From NCBI GenBank assembly GCA_000934665.2, contig KZ538271.1, forward strand, positions 1 to 64,000: a stretch of DNA of 64,000 nt, in the 5' to 3' direction. The notes under the pieces are model-generated. The model was not told the DNA's origin, ran no database searches, and saw only the letters and a program-made list of their open reading frames with translations. This document shows positions 13,293 through 28,286 of this stretch, one piece after another. Position 1 is the stretch's first letter; every line of letters begins with the position of its first letter. Made by a program: the position numbers and the translations under genes. The DNA is from Catajapyx aquilonaris (Eukaryota).

Positions 13293-13495
13293 GTAATAAT
13301 AATATAATAAATAATAAAATATATAATAAAATATAAAATAATAATGACGATAAATAATAAAATATAAACATAAAATGTAAACATAAAATAACGATAACAA
13401 TAAATAATAAAAATAATAAAAATATATAATATTAAAATAACAATAAAAATAAAATAATGAAAATATATAATAAAATATAAAAAAATACCAATAAC

Positions 13496-13557
<62 letters not shown>
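13293..13557. repeat. A/T low-complexity tract ending in (AAT)n
   Basis: Almost no G/C; the (AAT)n run spans ~13495-13556. Confidence 0.9.
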
Positions 13558-13558
<1 letters not shown>

Positions 13559-16500
13559 GGCAAAGTTCATTTGTCCCGGTTAGGTTAGAGTGATGATGAT
13601 GAAATATTTGGGTTCAACTGACCTTACATACCCAAGGGAAAGTTCAACGCTTGAAAAATTACACCCTTTTTGCAAAAAAAAATAAATAAATAATGATAAA
13701 CACCTAAGGCCTCTTTTTTGGGTGGAGCCCACCAACCCCTAGGGGAACGCTCATACTGTATATATATATTTTTTATTTTATCCATAAAGCATTGCGTGAA
13801 CATGTGCACAAAGGGCATAAGTTTCTGGCTTTGCGTGTGTTTGAAGCGCTGAATAAATGGGCAGTGATTCGTGGTATAGACCGATGAAGGGCGTTGTCCA
13901 CTCGGATTATATAGACCCGTCTATGTACACACAACAGGAATTTCCTTTGAAATTCAATTATCTGGAGCCAGACAAAAAGGAAAAGTGGATATGTAAATCG
14001 ATTCGGTTTGAAAAAAAATCGGGCTGATAACTGATCAATCTGTGTGACATGATGAGTTAAATGTCTGGAGGTGTCTCCACAATATTTGCTCAAACAAAAA
14101 ATTGGCAAAAATTGGCACTTTTATCATCATTGTTAAGGGTTGTAATTAACTGGCTGTATCGAGTACAGCCATCGCTCAGTAGATGGTGCTGGAAGAGCAA
14201 GGTTGCCAAAAATCGCGCGAAAAAAAAATCAATGGCAATGTTGCAGTCCGGGAATTTGCAGTTTTTTTTTACATTGCAAACTTCAAAGCGGAACTGTTAG
14301 TTTTTTTGTGAGCAAGTGAACGACTTCAGCTCGATTTCAAATCTATAGTAATTTTCTGCACAGAAAACCCCCCCCAATATATATTTTATAGATATTAAAA
14401 TTATTTAATGTGTATAATATTAAAATCATTCGTTGTATGACCGAGGAGCCTGATTGGCCCGCAGTGTGTTGTTTCCACGACGCTTCCGATTGGCTCCAGG
14501 TTTGCGCCTGCGCAATGGGAGAAGGCAGCGCCTCTGGTGGGTGGTATGAGGAACTATAATCTATAGTAGACAAGTTATCGTGATTTTTGAGCGTATCTCG
14601 GTGAATTTCAAGCCCATTTTTTTGTAGACTTTTATAGTGGCCTTTCACTTTGTATCGTGTCAAATTGGGGGGGGGGGGGGNAAATTTGTTTTTTCAGGTC
14701 GTGTGACTTAAAAAACCGGGACAACACATGCTGGACTGTCCACACACACACTGTGTCCGGCCATATCCCCCCAAAACCCCTGTCAAATGTTGCCATGCTT
14801 CCATCTCTATGGTGATTGGGCGTCTCCATGGCGACCATTTTCCGCAGCGTAATGGTGTGGCCTGGTCTTGGTGGGGGAAGGGGGAGGTAGTGACGTCAGA
14901 GACACGTCAGAAAATCACCCCCCCCTCCCCTATTTCGATAGACTCTCCCCCCCCCCCCTCCTTTTTGCCAAGTGTAGATAGACGCCGATAGGATAGTCAG
15001 GGCCTGAGAGACAGAGCACCGGTCGAGGAAGCGAGAGAAGGGTTCGGGAAATTTTTTTCCCCTAATTATAGTGAGATTAAAAATTTTTTTTTGTAAAAAA
15101 AAAAACAACAAACCCCCCCCCCCCCCTCTCAATTTTTGGGGTTTAAAAAAAAAACGGAATTTTTTTTTCGGTGGGGGGGACAAAAAAGATAAATGGAATA
15201 ATGGCGGACTGTGATCATGCTCGATTTGGAGGTGACATTAGTGCACATTTCCGGTTAGTGATCGGGAAACTTCCGGTTGCGTGACACGAAGGATTTAAAC
15301 GAAAAAAACACACACACACACAAAAAAAAAAGGTGACAACATTTTTAAAGTGAGTGCTTATAGTGTTGACCCACCCCACAAAAAAAAAATATAAGAAGTT
15401 CGGAGCAATCTCGCCCCAACAATATAAGAGCGAAATATATTTACCAAAAAAAATAATTTCTTACATGGAGATAGGAAGGTTACTTCTACTCACCAGGCAC
15501 AGGCTCAAACAGGTAAGATAATATATATTTAAAATAATAATAATAATTTATACTGTAACAATGGAAGGTCCCAAACAATGGAAGGTTCCAGCATGTTATT
15601 TTTTTAAAAAACAAAAATTATATTTTAACAATGGAAGGTTCTAGTAACTTCAAAAATGAACTTTGCGTTGCGTTTCGTTCGAAGATCTAAATTTGGCTCA
15701 TAAATACGGGCTTACGTCGTCGTTCCAGGCCTAATGACATATTCAAAACCCAATAGTGCAAATCGATTTTATATAGAGAAAGCTCGAGCGAGCTATACAA
15801 TAATCCAATAATAATATTTAACTCCTGGTGATTATTAATTGGACAATATCCGCATCTATTTTAAGACGATTGTTAATTGCTTTTGTCAGTTGTTTTTTTT
15901 TAATGCATTTTTTTAGTATAGTGAATATTCAATTTGCAAATGCCCCATGGCACATATTTTTTTGCAAACGAAAATTGAACATCGTCATTTTGCAATATTG
16001 AGTCAATCTCTTTCCTGGAAAACTTCGTATGTATGTGTATGTATGTCTTTCTTTTACTTACCCCCCCCCCCACCCTCATCATACGCCCCCACATATTGAT
16101 TAATAGGTATTTCGCATGCTTATAAAACAAGTGAGGTTCGCGTGTGCTTCAAAATCTTTTTTGGCTATTACTCGACTATCGATCTGAACTCAGGGTTGGA
16201 GGAATGTGCAGATTTTTTTTTTCTTTTTCGTTAATCCGAATTTTATTTGCCCTCCCCCCAAAAAATTGGTACCATCCATATTATGCACAGTGCAAAAAAA
16301 ATCAATTTCATGACACGTGTAACCAATTACCGAATATTTTTCGCGAATATTACAAGCCGTATGTGATCCGGTTCAGAAGAATGTAATTATACTCAGCACA
16401 GATGAATATTAGCGAACTTTTTTTTCTTCTTCAAATTATACTTGGGAGCCCTAGGGTATGCTCATGCAATTACTGATTTTGCACAATTTCGCAAAGTAAT

Positions 16501-19500
16501 AAAGTGTGCCAGTGCAGGGAGTTTTTTTTTTGAAGCCGATTCTATTCAATAGAATATGAACCCCCCTTTTCAAAGGAAAGGGAACACTATAATCTCCGTA
16601 GGTCTTAAAATATTCAGGGTTATGAATTGTTCAGAGAGAGTTTATGCCCCCTCTAGTACTCTTGCTTGAGTTTTTTCAGGGTTGCATAACGTTCCAGGAA
16701 CATAGCAAACAGTCATGTCTTATTACAAAAAAAAATTAATTACGTTGCATATTGTAGACAGTGTTTGGTGACAAAATGTTTTTGTCTGAATGTTATACTT
16801 TGTACGTTGGAGGGCTTGGAGTTTAACGCAGAAAAATCAATTTTGGCACACATTTTGGCGTACATTTCCGCATCGATTTGCCAGGCCGTGCATGCGCCTT
16901 GTTTTAATTATCTATGTGATCTTCAAAACTAATCTCCGGGTCAGTTTGGTATACGGAAATGTCAAAGTTGGACAACACTGTGCAGCTGCTCTTGGTATTG
17001 TTTGGTAAGCAGAAAAAATTTTAATCTGTAATTAAAAGCTGTGTTAAATATTATTATTGATTTGGATGATAATTATGATTCAGAGTAAAATGTGTGAAAA
17101 TGACAGCTATAGACCGACCGATATTATAACGAAATGTCATGTTTTCCTTCGCATTATTTTGGTGTTTGCCAATAAAATGTCAGATAAGTAACCATTACAT
17201 GAATTATTCTAGTGAAGGTATTGGTATTGTGTCACTTCAAGATTTTCATTGTGTAGTTATATATATACAGTATGAGCTGATTTTCTGAAGCGTTGCGGGT
17301 ATATGGTGCAAGACATTGATTATACCGCATTGTATACTACGCACATTCATGGCTCTCTTAGTACGCATTACTCTGTAAAGGTGAATTGCCTATCATTGTT
17401 TTTTATATAGAAATAATATGGTACTTGAAAGTTTTTTGACAGTGATAAATGACAGGTTATATACAAAAGTTTCGCTGTGCTTGTGACAAGGAAAAGTTAC
17501 GAAGCAGCAGCTGTTGAGAATAGCTGAAGTGTAATGGTGCAAAAAAAAAATAATTGGCAAAAAAATATTGCGCAACAATAATGGTCGAGTTAGTGACAAA
17601 AATTGATTTGCGAGTTTCATAACCTGTTCAGGATAATATATGTTTTCCAATCACATTTTGTTCGCGTTGTTTATGATGAATGGGATTCAATATGTATTAT
17701 TTTGCCAATAAGTTGTTATCAGTGTGGAAAAAGCTTTGTGTCATTATTATAATGTCCTAATTGAAACTGTGCAGATCATTGACTTTTAACAGGGGGGGAC
17801 GTGACAAATAGGACGCAATTCAATTATGTAAAATTGACACCCAAACTGACATGTTATTTATCCAGGGAGATGTCGCTTGTGTAGTATTGCAAACCACAAT
17901 TATTTGCAATTTTTTTTTGGGGGGGGGGGCAAGTACATTCCAGACCACACTGCATCTAAAGTCAAATGTCCACAAGCCCCCCTCCTTTTATATATAAAAA
18001 GAAACCTCCGAATTGTTTAGGGCGTGTCCTGGTTCCCAATGGCACAAAGTTTAATTGGCAAACTCGTTCCGGATGCAAATGAAGATGACAAAGCTCTCGT
18101 AGGAGGACACACACAGCACACAAAAAAATACGGGTCGTCCTAAAGATAAACCTCAAAAGCCTTAGAGAGAGACAATTCTTCCGGAGAGTGGACCCGCATT
18201 TATTTTAACCGGATCCCGATAATTGTGTTTTTTTTAGAAGATAGGACAGGCCAACCAGTTTGTTGGAGCATGTTACGGGTTGACTCTTTCCGGTCAACTG
18301 TGCATGGGGGAGATAATGACCTGATTTTTTTCCCCGGGTTAGGCTACATAGGAAGGTATTGACCATCATGTCTGCCACTCTCAGGGTGCATCTAGCAGTA
18401 TTGGTGCGGTCACTCTAAAGCCATACAGATTACACAACCGAAAATGCCAGTACTATTTTTTTTTTGGGGGGGGGCGGTAAATTCCAAACTGTTTACTGCA
18501 TAAATTACAAGTTCTTGATGCATACTGAGTGTTCATTTATTCTGAAGCCCCAGTCCTATAGAGTCATTCGCATTTCAAAGCGATCGCGGTTGAATGTAAC
18601 GCAAGCCATCTAAATGCAAATGTTGAAAACTCGTCTAAGCGTAGCGATAACAATGCTTTTTTTTTCTCCTGCTGCTCGTTTTTCCTCCTTGAAAAATATT
18701 ACGCAATGGGCTTGCTCATTACAATAAAGCATTACCTTTAGATCCAGTAGATCAGCCAATGAACGTTTAAAAAATAATCCAAGTATAAAGTTTATCGATG
18801 TGCAAATTTGGGTTTAAAGCTTCTATATACCCAATATTGATATGCCAATAACCCTTCCTCTGGCCTAAGTCGATTATGTGCATAACTTTCGGCTGTTGAA
18901 CTATGAATGTGTAAGTTTGCGAGGTGTTAAATATTAACTAGGCAAGGAAGAGGAAGTGCGCTTCTAATTTTATTGAAATATAAATTATTTTTTAAAACGT
19001 GGAAATGAATAGGATACAATTGTGTAATTGAGCAGTAAAACTGATGAATTATTACCGGATGCGATTTGCTGTGTGTACTATAGTATGTTTTGCATTGATG
19101 TTACATGTTCAAAAAGTAATAAGTGCATTACTATAGCATAGGTCTCACAACAACTAGCGTTCCAGCATTATTAATGGCCAATCAGAACATGCTTTTAATG
19201 CTTTTTAATGGCCCATTTAGTAACTATGCTTCTGGTTGTTTCTGGGAGTTACTACAGTAACTACAACCGGAATTCAGGACCAGACTTAAGTGGAATGTTG
19301 TTGAGGAACTACGAGAGACTCGCAGGGCAATAAAGTTGCAATATGAAGGTTTCAAATTGCTTTCGCTGTGGGGAAATAAAGTACACAAGTCCTTTTAACC
19401 GTCCAAAGGCAGCTGAGGAAGAGTTAATCTAACTGCAACAATATAAAGGGTTCAACGCTCTTATATGTTGAGGACAATTTTTTTTCTTCATAATTAGCAT

Positions 19501-21019
19501 TTAGATTATAGCGAATATTTATGCGTGAAATGCTTCCATAGTACAGTACAATAATTAGTAGTTGACGAGCCGAAAAATGATGTATTTTTCGCAACAGTGG
19601 TGCACTTTTTGTAATTGAGCGTCTGCATGATTATGCAGCTAGTTGCTGTATACATGAAACGGACGAGTACACTACAAAAAAATGGTTATTACTACAACTA
19701 GTGCGTGGATAATGTGACCACGTTTATGGTGGACTATGCCTCTCCTTTTTTTGTTTGTTAGTTTTGTTGAAAAGAATGGGCTGGCGAATTGGGCGAATAA
19801 TTCCTTAGAGCCCATTTTGCTTGAGATATGGACGCATTTACTTTGATGGACATTAAAAAAAAACTGGGCACGCTCAGTTTGAGTCTAACCACAGATGGTG
19901 TAATTTGTCACGGGTGAATAAATGTGGGAAAAATTAATATTAATTTATGCTCCATTTTTTCTATCACATTGGGCGAATTTTAGAGAATGTAAAATGGTGT
20001 CCTAATTAGCAACTATTACCTTCCTTTTCCCAAAAATTATATTTCCTCGAGTTCCATTATTATTTTTCTATAACAAGACTGTAATAGTGTCGTTGCATTT
20101 TTTTACAAGAATGAGATTAAGTGACATATGGTCATATATTTGCATGCTTATAATTAAGCCGAAATCAGACGGCGACCTCGTGTCCCAAATGCTAAAAGTG
20201 AAGGTTAGATCATGAAAATTGAATGACATTTTTTTCTGTACTAAAATTACTCTCTGCAGCTTTTTAAGTATGCTTTCTGAGATATTAACGTGCTGCCTAA
20301 TTATAGCCCAATTTCATTTTAATTAACTTATCATACTGGAGTATACTGTTTGGCTATCTGTGTTGAAAGAACAAGAAAAAAGGTTGGCCATTATTCCTTG
20401 TCACACTATTTTTTTCCTCTGGCCCATTTCCTCGTTTAAAATATTGGTCTATACACTCGCTTACTCCTTAAGATAACCCCCCCCCCCCTCCGAAAAAAAA
20501 TCTACCACGCAATTTGATAATAGGAACATTCCCAAGGTGTTCCCTGCTCTATATTAGGCTCGATCTTGAGATGGAAACCATATTTCCTAAATGAACGACT
20601 AAAAACGGAAATAAAAAAAAGCTGCTACCAGATAATTTTTTTCAATCACGTTTTATGATAATTTTGTGCTGAACATGACGCTTATAAAGCATTTAACGGA
20701 AATTAAATTTGATAGATATCTACAGTATATAGGCCAATGGACACATTTTGGGCCTTTAAATATTCAGGAGTCATTACACTCGACTTGCAACAATTTATTG
20801 TCGAATTATTCATCTTTATGAAAATAATGCGTCGTGTCAGACTACAGGCCATATCTGTTCATGACAACCGGAATAAATACCTCATATTGATTCAATGGGT
20901 AGAATTATTGTCATACTACTAGTTACTGCTAACTTAGCAGTACCATTGCACTATACACTGGTACTGATAAGTTAGAAGTTACTGCAGTAGTAGTACGAAA
21001 ATACCGCCCATTGAATAAA

Positions 21020-21620
21020 TATGAGGCCTAAGAAGTGACTACTAAGGGGCCTAAGAAGTTACTACTAAGGTTTACTAATAGGTCTACTAAACTGTGACTA
21101 AGACCTACTGAGGGACCTAATAAGTGACTATTAAGAACTTCTAAGGTTTACGAAGGCATTTACACCAAATTCCACTCCTTGTGTCTACTTTGTAAATGCC
21201 TTAGTAGACCTCAGTAGTGCTTAATATCCACTTGGTTCATGCATGTCCTTCAGTAGGCCTTAGTAGCCCCTTAGTAGCCCCCTTAGTAGACCTTAGTAAC
21301 AGCTTAGTAGGGCCTTATATATTAGTAGACCTTATTAGTAGTCACTTCTTAGGGCCTTAATAGTCACTTCTTAGGCCCTTTAGTAATCATTTCTTAGGCC
21401 CCTTAGTAGGCCTTAGTAACAGCTTAGTAGGGCCCTTAGTAGACCTTATTAGTAGCCACTTCTTAGGCCCTTTAGTAGGCCTTAGTAACGGCTTAGTGGG
21501 GCCCTTAGTAGACCTTATTGGTAGTCACTTCTTAGGCCCTTTAGTAGTCATTTCCTAGGCCCCTTAGTAGTCACTTAGCGGTCCCCTAAGTAGGCCTTAG
21601 TAGCAGTTTAGTAAGCCCTA
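21020..21620. repeat. Foldback-like minisatellite (ACTAAG units on the left, CTTAGT units on the right)
   Basis: GGCCTAAGAAGTGACTACTAAG units on the left are reverse complements of the CTTAGTAG...CACTTCTTAGGCC units on the right. Confidence 0.7.
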
Positions 21621-22984
21621 GAAGATCCTGAAGGTGTCGTGTAAAACTGAATAGAGAGGATCCCAATGCAGTATAGAAGCAAGGTTTTTGTTGATGACAA
21701 TGGTGTCACGAGCCCTTCAAGAGTAGTATAGGTGTCATAAATGATGGCAGTGGGTAGTTGGGTGGAGCAAAGAGGCGAGGGCGGTGTGCGCGGTACATTG
21801 CGTGAGGCCTGGGGACTCATTACGTGTAATTAGACGGAGTAGCGTTGGGGGAGGTGGAGGGGGTGTGTATGTGTGTGTCCACCAGCATCACACCCAGTTA
21901 AAGGTGTTGCTTCAAGATTAAAACCCAAGGATGAAGGAGACTGTTTTCGCTCAAGCAGTCCACGTAGTACCATATCCCTCACGTAGATGGCCCACTACTG
22001 CCACTTTCAGGGTCATGTCAAGTAGTGTAGATGAATTTTTAACCGAATGCGCACCGCAGTTCGCGCAGTGTGCACCGTTGACATTATCTACGTCTGCATT
22101 GTGGGCACTTATTTCCAACGCTACACTTTGAAGGGGTGAACAAAATGGCCGACGTTTGCGACACGTTGCCAAAAATTAAGCGAACATCAGAGGCTATACA
22201 TGTGTGAATTATTTTTGCTACAACAACGGAGCTGCGCGAATGTAGCTGTGCACTCGTTAAAAAAAGACCTCTGTAGCTGATGACTCACCCTGGACAAACA
22301 GAAGCACAGACTCGAGCCCAATGATGTAAACAAACCATTCTTATGCTTGGTGTTGTGAGTAGCATTGTTGACCACCCTTTGTCCAGCTTTGTTGTCCCAC
22401 TTTCAGGTCGCAATTGGAACGGTTCCCTTGACCATAATTTTGGAAACTGTCCCCGAGTCACAATCCAGAGTTGAGCTCAACTGTTGTATGCAGAAGGGTT
22501 TCTGCATCAAATTTGCATAATTAAGGTCCATGAGATGTGCCAAATCCGACGTAATGCAGACTCTCTTTTTTTTTGCTTACTTATTAAAGAGCTGAAAGTT
22601 AGGAAAATACACTGACACACTTTCATGAGTTTAATATTTTTGTAGTCATTTTAATGTTTAGCACGCTCCTGTTTTTTGTGCAAAATTAGTGGATTATGTG
22701 GATTTGCAAACTTCATTACAACTATAGCCATTCGCCACTTTTTTAATTATGTTTTAAAGGGGGGAAGACATGAATTGTATATACGAGTCGTAATGTTGGT
22801 ATGAATATTGTGTACAGTGTGTCACAAAAATTATTCATAATTATGCAAATTGATTTAATTTAAGACCTGTAATGAGTTTGTGTCGCCATAATTGTTATTC
22901 AGAAAATAAGAGCCATTACTTTTGAAATTAATTATTTCCATTATTATTGACTTAGTGGGAGTGGCAGGTCGGAGGGGAGAGGAA

Positions 22985-23460
22985 ATTCACTCAAAAATTG
23001 AGTGAAATACACAACATTCATATTGAGCGGTGAGCTTACTCAAATTGAGTGGTCATTTCGCTCAAATTGACCGTAAAATCCACACAATTTGAGTGAAATG
23101 ATCAGTCGGTGTGAGTGAAAACATTTTCTCCCAAGTGAGCTAGTTATTTTCGCTCAATTTGAGCCGCAATCAATCTAGGTAAAATGTTGAGTGAAAAATC
23201 ACTCAAATTTTAGAGATATATGGGACATCACGAATTATTTGGAGTGATTATCACTCAATTTGAGAAGCAATAAATCCAGGTAGAATGTTGAGTGAAAAAA
23301 TCACTCAAATTTTTAGAGCGATATGGGACATCACGAATTATTTGGAGTGATTTTCACTCAATGTGAGCCGCAATCAATCCATGTAGAAGGTCGAGTGAAA
23401 AATCACTCAAATTGAGTGAAAAACCACTCAAAAAATTTACGGAGTGATATTGGACATCTT
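22985..23460. repeat. Repeat built from TTGAGTGA/TCACTCAA palindromic units, with a ~115-bp tandem duplication
   Basis: Recurrent TGAGTGAAAAATCACTCAAAT; segments 23150-23265 and 23270-23385 are near-identical. Confidence 0.7.
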
Positions 23461-24606
23461 GAATGATTTGCGTGCGATTCTAACACTCCTGGAAATAAAT
23501 AAGAAAGTGCAGATACTTTAGGAGAGATATATAGTGAGACCCCTAGTCAGGCTATGAATCAATCAATCAGTCGAGGCATATCGATCCCCGATAAGTGTCA
23601 GGACTTAGTGTGGGTGAGGCTTCTCTCTCTCTCTGAGATGCCTTGTTGTTTTGACCCATCGATTCTGAGCCAATCCCAAGGACGCTGCTCCAACTCTTAA
23701 ATTTTGTAGGACCAACCCAGCTGCCATGTCCCTCCTTACACATGGGGTCAATCCAGCTGATCAGGTCAAGGTCATAAAATTTTTTGAAAAATATTTTGGT
23801 ACAAATTTTTTGGTGTGTCCTGGGTTCATTGCAGCTTGACAAATCGAAGAGTATTGACCGGTCATACAGCCTGGACTGCAGTGTGTAGGTGGCAGTGAGT
23901 GACTATTGACTCAGCTTGGCCCCACCTTCATTGCACCACCAAATCGATGTCCACAGAGGGGGTGGTTGAACACCACCCATCTTCATTCCCTCATGTGTGT
24001 GTGTGTGCATGTGTACTAACAACCTTGGCACGCACACGTGCATGGAAATTATGCGTCCTGCATTACCATGCACATTGCAGGCTCGATAAGTATCTGTGGG
24101 TTATTATGTCAGAAAAAATGTCATTAGATGTTACTTATGAAACACACTGTATGTGATAAGTATTTTAAAAAGGCAATCAGGGTTCGACCTTTTTTTCAGA
24201 AAAGGGACAGCAACCTAAACCCATGCTGCGGATTCATTTAAATAAGTAATTAGTGCTCTACTGCATTCCAATGGAAGGGTCTATGCCCCCCCCCCCCCTT
24301 TTGCGCATTTCCATTTTAAATTGAACCCGGTTTCAGATTCTTTTTTCCTCCCTCAAGCCAAATGGCATCCTTTCATTTCTTGCATGAATAAATGTAGCTC
24401 CAAGAGAAAGCCAATTATTAGATTTCTTATCATCGAAAAAAGAGAACGGATCTGTCCGTCTGTCTGTAGACAAGTATCATGGCCAAAACTGCAAGAGATA
24501 GCTACAAACGGTTTTAGGATTCGGATTCAGCGTGATCTCAACTTCCGGTCTTCAGGGTTCACTATATCCGCCAAGGTCCATTTATACAGTTACAAGTATA
24601 ATGTAT

Positions 24607-24962
24607 ACAGTTTCCCCGGGAACCCAACAGGAGTTGTTTACACCCCCATTGCTCATGAGTAGAACGCGGGCCAATGGGGGAGGTGACGGTAACAATATGC
24701 GGCGGACCAATCAGATGGCTCGGCCAACTCCCGCAAGGATTTTAATATTATAGACTAGGAAAACGCTCTCTCTTTTCTAGGCCTACGGCCTGGGGTACCT
24801 ATTCGGCGCACCATATCGCCGGGGAATGGACAGTTTCCCCGGCAACTCAACAGGGGTTGTTTACACCCCCATTGCGCATGAGTAGAACGCGGGCCACTGG
24901 GGAGGTGACGGTAACAATATGCGGCGGACCAATCAGAGGGCTCGGCCAACTCCCGCAAGGAT
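24607..24962. repeat. Direct duplication of ~133 bp (24607-24740 and 24830-24962)
   Basis: Both copies read ACAGTTTCCCCGG...GCGGCGGACCAATCAGA...CTCCCGCAAGGAT with few mismatches. Confidence 0.9.
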
Positions 24963-27900
24963 AGATTGTTATTTATACAATTGATTACAGGCAACGGGAA
25001 AATGAGACTGACAACAATCACTGTCATTATTGACCTATTAGAATCGCATCGTAATGTATCGGGTGTGTCAGCCTCATTTCCCACTACCTAATGAGAAAAA
25101 AAGGTATACTCGAATCGCTCTCGAGTGTTTATCAAGTACCATCGAGTATCATAAAATTTTGGTTGCTTTTTGTGTTAATGTGTCAGTGTTTGGAACCGAT
25201 ATTTTTCATGTTGATTTACCTTTCTATATTGAACATACTATGTATAACGATGTAAAGTTATGCTCGTGGGAAGTAGGTCGCGTTCATTCGAGCCTGGAAT
25301 ATTACATGTCGACATATAATATCAATATTGGAGTCTCAGTTACGTGCATTTGCCTCGACGTTATTGACCGTCCTGAAATCTGGCAATAATATTCAGTGTA
25401 AATATTGAAGCTGGTACAAATGAGGCTAAATACATTTTCTTTTTTAATAAATGAGGGCATCAAATATTACACTCTCTCTGTATGGTCTGCCAACATGAAC
25501 CATATTAATTGATCACGAGGTAAAAGTCATTGTCCAACTGCATTGTTCCACTGCAGTGTGGTAATGCATGCAAGGGGTGCAAAGGTTGTGTGTTTTTTTT
25601 GGGGGGGAGAGGTCGAAATGTGTCATTTATCTTTCAGGTGACGTGTCCAGTCTCGCACTAACTGCTTTGTATGCTGCTATTTTCCGAGAGCAATGTCTGC
25701 CGAGACATAAATTATTGAAGTGAATCTGAATAATACACAAAAAAAATATTTTCAGAATTTATTCAAGTGATAAATGAACTGAGGGGGGGGGGAGGGTGGT
25801 TGCACAGTAAATTCGATATATTGACAAAGATATTTTGGGAAAAAAGCCTTTAAAAGGACGTGAGAGAGTTTCTTTTGAAGAATCAAAGTTGGATCAAATC
25901 CTATAAGCTGAGAATGAAAAGGTTGCAAAAAAAAAAAAAAAAAAAATACGGCGCATGTAGGGCAAAATAGGAATTTTTGCCGACGTCATTTTTTTTTGAA
26001 AGGCGATGACTCCTTCTTCAGCTCAATTTTAGGGGGGCGTGTGGGCCATTCCTTAGAAGCGTGGGTGGAAAAGGGTTCCTCACAAAAAAAACGCCTCCAA
26101 AAAGTCGGTTCGATCCGGATGCTGCGGAACATTCCACTCGTGTCCTTTTATCTCAGGACTTATAGTTGACATCATTGCAAAAAAGCAATTGTTGCAAAAT
26201 GCAAATTCAAAGAGACTGTGCATTGCAATTTACATGCTTGAAAGCTCATTAAATTAGCGGTTGTTACACCCCCCACAACGTACTGTGAATACTTTAACCT
26301 TTACCGCAAGAAGGCGTTGACATCTGAGCAAAAGTTTGACCTCCATTTGAAATGTATGTGACCAAATCTGTTTTTTTTTAAAAAAAGGTGAAAGGTCGTG
26401 ACCTGATAAGCTGCTTAATCCACAAAAATTTTCAGAATGTGTATACACTTTTCATAGAAACCATTTTTAGCGAAAGTACACCTTTTTTGTGTTGGGATTA
26501 AAAGCACTGATTGGCCACATGCATCTACACGTACGTTACCGATATGAAGGGGAAAGGACCGCAGTGTGCATGAAATTATTATTAAGCAGACACACATTAT
26601 TTGGTCAGGCGACGTTGAGTCTAGCCCTATACCAAGTAGGTTGGGGAACAGACTCACGCAACATTTTTTGGATGGAAACACCCCCCCTCCCCGGGTCTAA
26701 TGTGCATTGTGGGGAAAGGTACCCCCTATATCAATGCTCGTGTGAACAAAATACCAAGTAACATGATCGATATCCACATTTTTAAAAAAATATGACATAT
26801 TCTTCACTCAATTGTTAGAAATCCGCAAAAATTATTTTCTCATACATTGAACTAGTGCACATTCGTTATCTACACTGTACATATATAATATATCTACATA
26901 TGTGTAAAATGTAAAGTTTGTTTGTTCGTTCGTTTGTTTGTCCATATTTGGTTTCCATATTAGCGCAATTGTGTAAAACAAAATATTTGGCAGTGGTTTC
27001 AGTTGTTTGATATGCTAACTCAAACTTGATTGACCAACGCGTATAGGATTTTTTTTAAAAATATATAGCGATTGGAGCGATAGTATTCTCGTGAAGTGCG
27101 TTCGTGTCTGGGTGAGCCAAAAAGTAGGAAGGATCTCACGTAATCGATGCCCACCATTATGTGCATGCCCAATTTGGGCATATCTGTCACGCCAAGAGTT
27201 TGTACAACACCCAATTGCTGCCTTGCAAAACGACAGAAACGACTAAAAATATCGGCTCATAGATACTGTACGTTCAATTTGGAAAGCTTAAAATTGTTAA
27301 AAGCGACGGTTTAAAAATATATGGAGTGGGGAGGGGGGTTAGACTTTTTTTTTAAATTAATTACGTCATGAAATGAACACGTCAAGAACGAATTATTAGG
27401 GGGTGGCCAGAACATGCGGAAACATCACGAACTTTTAAGGCATGCTACTGTACCTCCTTTTTTCATTTTTAAAAATATATATTTCAGAAAGAGTTAAACC
27501 ATTATATAATGCCATTTGGACCACCCCCCACAGTCTTCATAAAATTTGCTAATTAAAATGCCTCAGCGATTCTCCCCCCAAAAAATTATAAGCTTAGACT
27601 GGGACGTGCAAGTCGCAATTTTAGCAGTTTGCAGTAGCAGTAGCAGTAGCAGTTGAATTTTGACAAGTTACACGCAGCAATTTGCGCTTCTTCCTGAAGC
27701 GCTTTTGACTTGTACCATGTTATACGTGGCTAGGACAGAGGCAACTTAACACGCTTTGAATTTTTAATCGCGTTATCACAAGTTACACGATAGTAATGGA
27801 GCGCTCTACTTTGCGCTCCTTCTTGAAGCGCTTTTAATCGGCGCCATGTTATGTGGTTAGGAGAGAGGCACCTTAACACGCTTTGAATTTTGACATGGCA

Positions 27901-28003
27901 CCAGTCAAAAGCGGTTCAAGAAGAAGCGCAAATTGTTGCGCGTAACTTGTCAAAATTCAAAGCGTGTTAAGTTGCCTCTCTCCTAGCGACATTACATGGT
28001 CCA

Positions 28004-28286
28004 CACTCTTAACCATTTACCTTCTCTAGAGAGGGCAAGAAAGTGGCTTTACCTTACATTGTAGGGTAAATATTCTTGGGTAAATTTATTCTAAGGTAAA
28101 TTTTGCATGTATTACCTTAGAAAATAAAGGGTAAAAAGGGCCCTATTTTTTACCCTCTATTTTCTAAGGTAATACATGCAAAATTTACCTTAGAATCAAT
28201 TTACCCAAGAATATTTACCCTACAATGTAAGGTAAAAAAATGGCCACTTTCTTACCCTCTCTAGAGAAGGTAAATGGTTAAGAGTG
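28004..28286. mobile_element. Near-perfect palindromic MITE (CACTCTTAACC...GGTTAAGAGTG, 2-bp CA TSD; CACTA/EnSpm-like) nested in an older inverted-repeat element (27655-28410)
   Basis: Arms of ~130 bp are reverse complements. Removing the insert restores ACATGGTCCAGTCAAAAGC, matching the uninterrupted unit ACATGGCACCAGTCAAAAGC at 27893. Confidence 0.85.

Noticed and set aside
12795..14543. CAGCGCCTCTGGTGG occurring twice, CTCF-like on the reverse strand
   Set aside because: One base short of the CCASYAGRKGGC core, and both copies share flanking sequence, suggesting dispersed repeat remnants.
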